Source of the DNA: a candidate division WOR-3 bacterium
GTDB taxonomy: Bacteria; Hydrothermota; Hydrothermia; Hydrothermales; Hydrothermaceae
Direction: 5' to 3'
Assembly (NCBI GenBank): GCA_039803745.1
Contig: JBDRZD010000016.1
Span: 1 to 31,314 of the forward strand
DNA length: 31,314 nt
The translations under genes and the position numbers were made by a program. The notes beneath the pieces were generated by a model. That model was given only the letters and a program-made list of their open reading frames with translations. It did not search any database and was not told where the DNA came from. This document shows, piece after piece, positions 25,614 through 31,314 of the stretch (its first letter is position 1; the number at the start of each line of letters is the position of its first letter).

Positions 25614-26817
25614 AAATATCATTTGTGATTTAAGCGTTTTTTCCTTAAATGATTCAACTTCATATACAGAATTTATTTATTTTATATCCCCGGATTATTT
25701 AAAAATTCTTAAGAAAAATTATTTTGATTTAGAAATCAGCGTCTCCATTTTTGATAAGAACGAAAAAAAAGTAGTGTCTGATTCATGGAAAAAGAGGTAT
25801 AATTTCAAAAGTGAGGATTCTTATATTGCTGATATATTTACTTTTATATTAAAAAGCGGGGAGTATAAAATATCTATAAAACTCAAAACAAAAGAATTTG
25901 AATATAAAAAAGATACTGCTCTTTTAATTCCTTATTTTTCAAAGGCAAGTATCTCAGATATCCAGATATTTAAAGAAGTCTCAACTGATAAAAATAAATA
26001 TCCTTTTAAAAAATATAGCCTTTCTTATATTCCTTCTCCCTTTTTCTCTCATCCTGACTCATTTGCTTATTATTATTTTGAAATATATAGTCCCCCTCCT
26101 TTATTTTTTGTTTATCTTGAAATAAAAGACAGTTTGAATAATGTATGGCTTTCAAATATTGAGGAAAAAAAAGATGTTGAAAAAGCAAGTTTTATATACG
26201 GGAAAATTCCAATTTATGCACTTGAGGGAGGAAAGTATTCTTTTAAAATAAGTCTTTTAGACACTCTTAAAAATTTGTTAGCAGAAAAAGAAAAAAAATT
26301 TACTTATTTTTCTCTAAGATATTTGCATAAAAAAAGGGCTTTAGAAAAATATGAAGATTATCTTTCATTTATTGACTTTTTTGCGAGCAAGGAGGAGATG
26401 GAAGAATTTAAAAAGTTAGAGGGAAATGCAAGGATTACTTTTTTGAAAAAATTCTGGAGTAAGTTTGATCCTGATCCCTCAACACCTGTAAATGAATTTC
26501 TGGTCACATTTACAGCAAGAGTTGAATATGCTGATCAAAATTTTGGAACGCCCTTTAAAAAGGGAAGATATACTGATAGGGGGAGAATATATATAAAATA
26601 TGGACCACCTGACGAAGTTAGAAGAAATCCCTATCCTGTTGAGATTAGGGATTGGGAATCCTGGTTTTATAAATCGCCTTCAAAAAATCAATATATTTTT
26701 ATTGATTTAAAGGGTAATGGTGATTATATTTTAATTTATTCTTCAAATCCAGAAGAACCAGGAAGGTCAGATTGGAAAAACTACGTTCCACTGGAAGAGA
26801 TAGAAGTTTTGAGATAA
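25564..26817 (+). CDS. GWxTD domain-containing exported protein (second paralogue)
   Basis: Start moved to ATG 25564 (MNLFLLILIG; AGGTG upstream). FWSKFDPDPSTPVNEF...RVEYADQNF...GRYTDRGRIYIKYGPPDEV...WESWFY...YIFID..GNGDY. Confidence 0.85.
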   Translation: MNLFLLILIGISPPGDKNIICDLSVFSLNDSTSYTEFIYFISPDYLKILKKNYFDLEISVSIFDKNEKKVVSDSWKKRYNFKSEDSYIADIFTFILKSGEYKISIKLKTKEFEYKKDTALLIPYFSKASISDIQIFKEVSTDKNKYPFKKYSLSYIPSPFFSHPDSFAYYYFEIYSPPPLFFVYLEIKDSLNNVWLSNIEEKKDVEKASFIYGKIPIYALEGGKYSFKISLLDTLKNLLAEKEKKFTYFSLRYLHKKRALEKYEDYLSFIDFFASKEEMEEFKKLEGNARITFLKKFWSKFDPDPSTPVNEFLVTFTARVEYADQNFGTPFKKGRYTDRGRIYIKYGPPDEVRRNPYPVEIRDWESWFYKSPSKNQYIFIDLKGNGDYILIYSSNPEEPGRSDWKNYVPLEEIEVLR

Positions 26818-28250
26818 TAAAGAATTTTTTAGTCTTTTTCTCTGGAACTTTTATAAGTCGTGTTTTTGGTTTTATAAGAGAAATATTTATTGCCTTTTCA
26901 CTTGGTGCAACCCATTTTGCTGACATTTTATATGTTTCTTTCAGGATTCCAAATTTTTTAAGGGATATAGTTGCAGAAAATGCAATTCAAACTGCCTTTG
27001 TTCCAAGTTATATAAAATGGAAAGAAAAAAAGGAGGAAAAATGTTCCTCAAATGTATTTTTAATATATTTAATTTTTTCAATATTTATCGTAGTTATTGG
27101 AATAATATTTTCTCCATTTATAGTAAAAATAACAGCCTTTGGATTTTTAAAAATTCCCTGGAAATATGCTTTAACTGTTAAACTTACAAGAATTTTATTT
27201 TTTCTAATAATATTTTTGTTTCTTTCAGCCTTTTTTAGTGGAATATTAAATGCCGAGAAAAAATTCTTCCCTTCCTCTTTTTCTCCTGCTATTTTTAATA
27301 TCACTTTTCTTATAATAGGATTCATTTCTTATTTTTATTTTAAAAATGATGAAAAAAATTTAACATTTTTATTTGGTATAGGACTTTTAATTGGAATAAT
27401 GATGCAGTTTATATTTTTATTGCCCTTTGTTTTGAGGAAAAAATTTTTTAAATTTATGCCTTCTTTTAAAAAAGAAGAAATTAAAAAACTTAAGCCTTTT
27501 TTTCTTTTACTCTTTCCTGTAATTTTAAGTACCTCTTTAAACCAGGTGATACTCTTTATCTCAACCCTTCTTTCATCTCTTTTGGGTGAAGGAAAGGTGG
27601 CAATACTAAATTATGCTTATAGGGTGATGCATCTTCCAATTGCATTTCTTGGAGTTGGAATTGCAGTAACAACATTACCTGATATGGTTAAGGAAAAGGA
27701 GAAAGGAAAATATCTTTTAACTATTTATAAAGAGACAATTTTTATTTTGCTTCCTGTTATAATTTTTATGATAGCAGATTCTTATGAAATAATCAAAATT
27801 CTATATAAAAGGGGCGCCTTTACTGAAAGTGACACTTATAAAACTTCATCTGTATTTATAATGTATTCCTTTTCAATTCTATTTTTTTCTCTTTCAAAAA
27901 TAAATTTAAATTATTTTTACAGTCAAGATAAAATAATTGAACCCATGCTTTCCTTTCTTTTCAGTACTTCCTCTTATATAATATTTGCACCTATACTTTC
28001 AAAACTTCTTGATGTCTCAGGTCTTGCTCTTTCAAGTTCAATTGCCTCTTTCACCCAGTTCATATTTTTGCTTTCCAGAATGCCTTCTTTTATTTCTAAA
28101 TTCCCCTATAAATTTAAATTTCTTCTTCTTCTTTTGATTTTTTCTTTTATATTGTATATTAAACTTGTAGACCTTATAATTATTGAACTTGCAATTGATT
28201 CAATTTTTTTAATTTTGTTTTATTTAGTTATTAAAAAGATATGGAGGTAA
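26772..28250 (+). CDS. murJ: Lipid II flippase MurJ
   Basis: TFISRVFGFIRE, FRIPNFLR, AFVP, YAYRVMHLP, RGAFT, GLALSSS; many TMs; TTG start preceded by GGAAGG. Confidence 0.93.
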   Translation: MEKLRSTGRDRSFEIIKNFLVFFSGTFISRVFGFIREIFIAFSLGATHFADILYVSFRIPNFLRDIVAENAIQTAFVPSYIKWKEKKEEKCSSNVFLIYLIFSIFIVVIGIIFSPFIVKITAFGFLKIPWKYALTVKLTRILFFLIIFLFLSAFFSGILNAEKKFFPSSFSPAIFNITFLIIGFISYFYFKNDEKNLTFLFGIGLLIGIMMQFIFLLPFVLRKKFFKFMPSFKKEEIKKLKPFFLLLFPVILSTSLNQVILFISTLLSSLLGEGKVAILNYAYRVMHLPIAFLGVGIAVTTLPDMVKEKEKGKYLLTIYKETIFILLPVIIFMIADSYEIIKILYKRGAFTESDTYKTSSVFIMYSFSILFFSLSKINLNYFYSQDKIIEPMLSFLFSTSSYIIFAPILSKLLDVSGLALSSSIASFTQFIFLLSRMPSFISKFPYKFKFLLLLLIFSFILYIKLVDLIIIELAIDSIFLILFYLVIKKIWR

Positions 28251-28729
28251 AAAGGATAATTGAAGCAATTTTATTTATATCTCCAAAGCCAGTTTCAATT
28301 AAAAAATTAGAGGAGATTATAGGAGAGAAAAAAGAAGTTATAGAGAAGGCAATTGAAGATTTAAAAAAGGATTATGAGGAGCATTCCTTTCAGATAATTG
28401 AGGTGGGTGGTGGTTTTTCTCTTTATACAAAACCAGAATATTCTGAATACATAAAAAAAGTTTCAAAGGATAAAAAAATAAAATTGTCAAAAGCAGCAAT
28501 GGAAACACTTGCTATAATTGCCTATAAGCAGCCAATTTCAAAGGCAGAAATTTCAAGAATTAAAAAATGCTCACCTGAATGGACAATAAAAGTGCTTTTA
28601 GAAAAGGGGCTCATAAAGCCTGTAGGAAGACTTCCTGTCCCTGGAAGACCAATTCTTTTTGGAACAACTCAAAGGTTTCTTGAAGTATTTGGTCTGTCTT
28701 CAATTGATGAATTACCAAAAATTGAATGA
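28241..28729 (+). CDS. scpB: SMC-Scp complex subunit ScpB
   Basis: IIEAILF, LSKAAMETLAIIAYKQPIS, PGRPILFGTT..FLEVFGL.SIDELP. Confidence 0.96.
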   Translation: MEVKRIIEAILFISPKPVSIKKLEEIIGEKKEVIEKAIEDLKKDYEEHSFQIIEVGGGFSLYTKPEYSEYIKKVSKDKKIKLSKAAMETLAIIAYKQPISKAEISRIKKCSPEWTIKVLLEKGLIKPVGRLPVPGRPILFGTTQRFLEVFGLSSIDELPKIE

Positions 28730-30012
28730 AAAACATTAAACTTTTCATATGGATGTTAAGGATTTCAATGATAATTTTATCCCTTCCTCTTATTCTTTTG
28801 ACTTTTTTATTCAGAAATATTCAAATGGATATGGAGAATAAAATTATGGAAAAGGAATTTTTTAATGCGAAAATTTTTACACAATTTTTAAAGGAAAAAA
28901 AATTTTTTTTACATTCTTATCTCTATCCTGATGCATTTTTAATAGATCAAACTTCTTATTCAATAAAAAAAATATGGGGAGAAGAGAAAATAGAAAATAT
29001 AAGAAAAATTTTTGATGATTATAAAAATGGAAAATATACAAGGCTCACATTATTTACTCAAAAGGGAATAATAATAGAAAAATATTCAGAGGATACGCTT
29101 GCAATTTTTTCATCACCCTCTTTTCCCCTTTATATGTCAAATATAAAAAGGGTTTACAACTTTTTCCTCATAATAGGCATAATATGGGTATTTTCTGGAT
29201 TTTTAATTGGTTTTTTAATTTCCTTACCCTATGAAAGAATATTTAAAAAACTCCAAAGAGGGGAAATTGAAGGAATTGATTTTTTAAAAGGTTTTTTAAA
29301 AAAAGAGGATATTCAAAGATTTTTAAAAACAAAGGAAATTAAAGAAAGAGAAGAAAAATTTCTCCTAATTTCAGAACTCACCTCCTCTTTTTTACATGAA
29401 ATAAGAAATTCCCTTTCTTCTTTAAATGCCTTTTTATCTCTCATAAAGATTAAAGATAAAGAACTTGAGAAAGTCTTTTCTCCTGTTAAAGAAGAAATAA
29501 GAAATATAAGTGAATCTCTTTTTTCTTTTAATGAAATAATAAGAACCCAGAGGATTAAAGATTTAAAAATAGTTAATTTAAAAGAGATTGTTGAAAATTG
29601 CATTGAAGAATTCGTCTCCAAATTTAAAGAAAAGAAATTTAAAATAAACACCTGTTTAAAGGATATAGAGGTCTATATTTCTCCATTCCTTGTCAAAAGG
29701 GCGATTTTTAATATAATAAAGAATTCCTATGAGGCAATAAGTGAGGGCGGGAATATTGAAATTTCTTCCAAAATATCTGATAATATAATATCTTTAATAA
29801 TTGAAGATGATGGATGCGGAATGAGGGATGAGGATATTGAAAAAGCAACTTTACCTTTTTATACAACAAAGGAGTCAGGACTTGGTCTTGGTCTTTCATT
29901 TGTTAAAAAGGTTATGGAGTTACATGGTGGAGAGATCTTAATAGAAAAAAGGGTGCCAAAAGGTTTAAAAGTTATATTAAATTTTAAAGCCTATGAAAGT
30001 ATGGGTTCTTGA
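28726..30012 (+). CDS. Membrane-bound sensor histidine kinase
   Basis: Two TMs, H-box HEIRNSL, N-box NIIKNSYEA, IEDDGCGM, PFYTTK, GLGLGL, HGG. Confidence 0.93.
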   Translation: MKNIKLFIWMLRISMIILSLPLILLTFLFRNIQMDMENKIMEKEFFNAKIFTQFLKEKKFFLHSYLYPDAFLIDQTSYSIKKIWGEEKIENIRKIFDDYKNGKYTRLTLFTQKGIIIEKYSEDTLAIFSSPSFPLYMSNIKRVYNFFLIIGIIWVFSGFLIGFLISLPYERIFKKLQRGEIEGIDFLKGFLKKEDIQRFLKTKEIKEREEKFLLISELTSSFLHEIRNSLSSLNAFLSLIKIKDKELEKVFSPVKEEIRNISESLFSFNEIIRTQRIKDLKIVNLKEIVENCIEEFVSKFKEKKFKINTCLKDIEVYISPFLVKRAIFNIIKNSYEAISEGGNIEISSKISDNIISLIIEDDGCGMRDEDIEKATLPFYTTKESGLGLGLSFVKKVMELHGGEILIEKRVPKGLKVILNFKAYESMGS

Positions 30013-31314
30013 TGATAATAAAAGTTTTTGCAATTTAATTTCCCAGTTTATTAGAGAAAAGGGGTATGAAGTTTTTTCTTTTTATGACCCTTCTGATCTA
30101 TTAGAAAAACTTAAGAAAGATTCACCTGATTTTGTTATTCTTGATTTAAAACTTCCAAAAATAAACGGGATCGAAGTTTTGAGGAAGATAAAGGAAAAGG
30201 ATGAGAATATAAAAGTTATAGTTATAACTGCTTTTGGTTCAATTGAAAATGCAATTGAGGCAATAAAAAATGGTGCATACTATTTTCTAACAAAACCCTT
30301 TGAAAGCGAAGAAATAATAATTTTAATGCAAAAGGCAATTGAAGAGGAAAAATTAAAAATTGAAAATATAGAACTTAAAAAGAAATTAAAAGAAAAAGAG
30401 GAGATTGAAATAATAGGAGAAAGTAAGGCGATAAAGGAGGCACTTCTCCTTTCAGAAAAAGTCGCCCCGGTTGATACAACTGTGCTTCTAATTGGTGAGT
30501 CAGGGACAGGGAAGGAGCTTTTTGCAAGGAAAATACATAATGAAAGTAAAAGAAAAGGTCCTTTTGTCCCAATAAATTGTGCAGCAATCCCGAGGGAGCT
30601 TTTAGAGAATGAACTCTTTGGTTCTGAAAAGGGTGCATTCACAGGAGCAGTAGCAAGGAAGATAGGAAAGTTTGAAGTTGCGAATGGTGGGACAATATTT
30701 TTAGATGAAATATCTGAGCTTGATTTTGACTTACAGGCAAAACTTTTAAGGGCTATTGAATTTAAAGAGATAGAAAGGCTTGGTGGTATAAAACCAATAA
30801 AGGTTGATGTTAGAATTATTGTTGCTACAAATAAGGATTTAAAAAAATTAGTTAATGAAGGTAAATTCAGGGAAGATTTGTATTATCGTATTTCAACATT
30901 TCCTATATATCTTCCACCTTTAAGAGAAAGAAAGGAAGATATACTAATTCTTGCAAATTATTTCCTTGAAAAATTTAAAAGAGCATTCAATAAAAAGGAT
31001 TTATATTTCTCAGAAGAGGTTAAAAAATTCTTCCTTGAATACTCATGGCCAGGGAATGTAAGGGAACTTGAGAATGCGATTGAAAGGGCTTCAATACTTG
31101 CTGATAAAGAGATAACTTTAGATTCTTTCCAATTTCCCTTTAGAGAAAAGAGGTTAGAAGAAATATTTTCTTTGCCAAAGGGAGTTCCTTTAAAAGAGGC
31201 AGTTGAAATTTTCAGAAAAAAAATTGAAAGATATTTAATAGAGAATGCTCTGAAGGAGACAAATGGTGATAAAAAGAAAACGGCAAAAATTTTAAAAATT
31301 TCAAGAAAGACCCT
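29993..31314 (+). CDS. Sigma-54-dependent response regulator, NtrC family (partial; runs off the right edge in the Fis-HTH)
   Basis: Not in the ORF track; translated by hand from ATG 29993. Receiver MKVWVLDD...ILDLKLP...TAFGS...TKPF, Walker A GESGTGKE, GAFTGA, FLDEI, FREDLYYR, WPGNVRELEN, and HTH start KTAKILKISRKT. Confidence 0.96.
   Translation, partial: MKVWVLDDNKSFCNLISQFIREKGYEVFSFYDPSDLLEKLKKDSPDFVILDLKLPKINGIEVLRKIKEKDENIKVIVITAFGSIENAIEAIKNGAYYFLTKPFESEEIIILMQKAIEEEKLKIENIELKKKLKEKEEIEIIGESKAIKEALLLSEKVAPVDTTVLLIGESGTGKELFARKIHNESKRKGPFVPINCAAIPRELLENELFGSEKGAFTGAVARKIGKFEVANGGTIFLDEISELDFDLQAKLLRAIEFKEIERLGGIKPIKVDVRIIVATNKDLKKLVNEGKFREDLYYRISTFPIYLPPLRERKEDILILANYFLEKFKRAFNKKDLYFSEEVKKFFLEYSWPGNVRELENAIERASILADKEITLDSFQFPFREKRLEEIFSLPKGVPLKEAVEIFRKKIERYLIENALKETNGDKKKTAKILKISRKT

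Noticed and set aside
28241..28729. scpB without scpA; also plsX without fabH and riboflavin synthase without other rib genes
   Set aside because: Operon scattering is common in compact, rearranged genomes, and absence cannot be judged from one window.
5734..30642. The many 60-126 aa ORFs antisense to recognised genes (e.g. 6197-6484, 17337-17642, 18200-18580, 27008-27325, 30280-30642)
   Set aside because: They lie opposite well-supported genes, show the F/L/S/I-rich composition expected from reverse-complementing A-rich coding DNA, and have no recognisable domains.
1..31314. CRISPR arrays, IS elements, integrases, prophage genes, sigma-54 -24/-12 promoters
   Set aside because: I saw no repeat-spacer arrays, transposase or integrase ORFs, attachment-site duplication at the tRNAs, or intergenic TGGCAC-N5-TTGC motif.

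Overview
A strongly AT-rich, very gene-dense bacterial chromosomal segment. It probably comes from a thermophilic, anaerobic-type diderm: TtuA, Lys/Glu/Ile-rich proteins, a Cys4 TrpRS, GmhA and an outer-membrane beta-barrel. The style resembles candidate division WOR-3, but that is inference only. Four blocks alternate in direction. Block 1 (-): MidA-like MTase, gmhA, thyX, a membrane protein, an ABC ATPase and a secreted CocE/NonD hydrolase that runs off the left edge. Block 2 (+): rpmF, plsX, tRNA-Glu, tRNA-Gln, degP, lepB, ttuA, GT2, bshB1, a BshC-like gene and a ROK kinase. Block 3 (-): OMP, trpS, riboflavin synthase, metK, valS, PGI/PMI, an NDP-sugar pyrophosphorylase and a HExxH protein. 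Block 4 (+): nuoIJK-like genes, htpX, two GWxTD proteins, murJ, scpB, a histidine kinase and a sigma-54 response regulator that runs off the right edge. I saw no mobile elements, CRISPR arrays or clear pseudogenes. The best candidate for an undescribed system is an overlapping GT2 / BshB1 deacetylase / divergent BshC-fold ligase trio. It looks like a bacillithiol-style pathway that uses an inverting GT2 instead of BshA, so it may make a different thiol or aminoacyl-glucosaminide. Also notable: an isolated nuoIJK module whose NuoK lacks both conserved proton-pathway glutamates, a recurring TTGAAA-N18-TAnnAT promoter pattern with probable leaderless genes, and an ECF-type promoter before degP.
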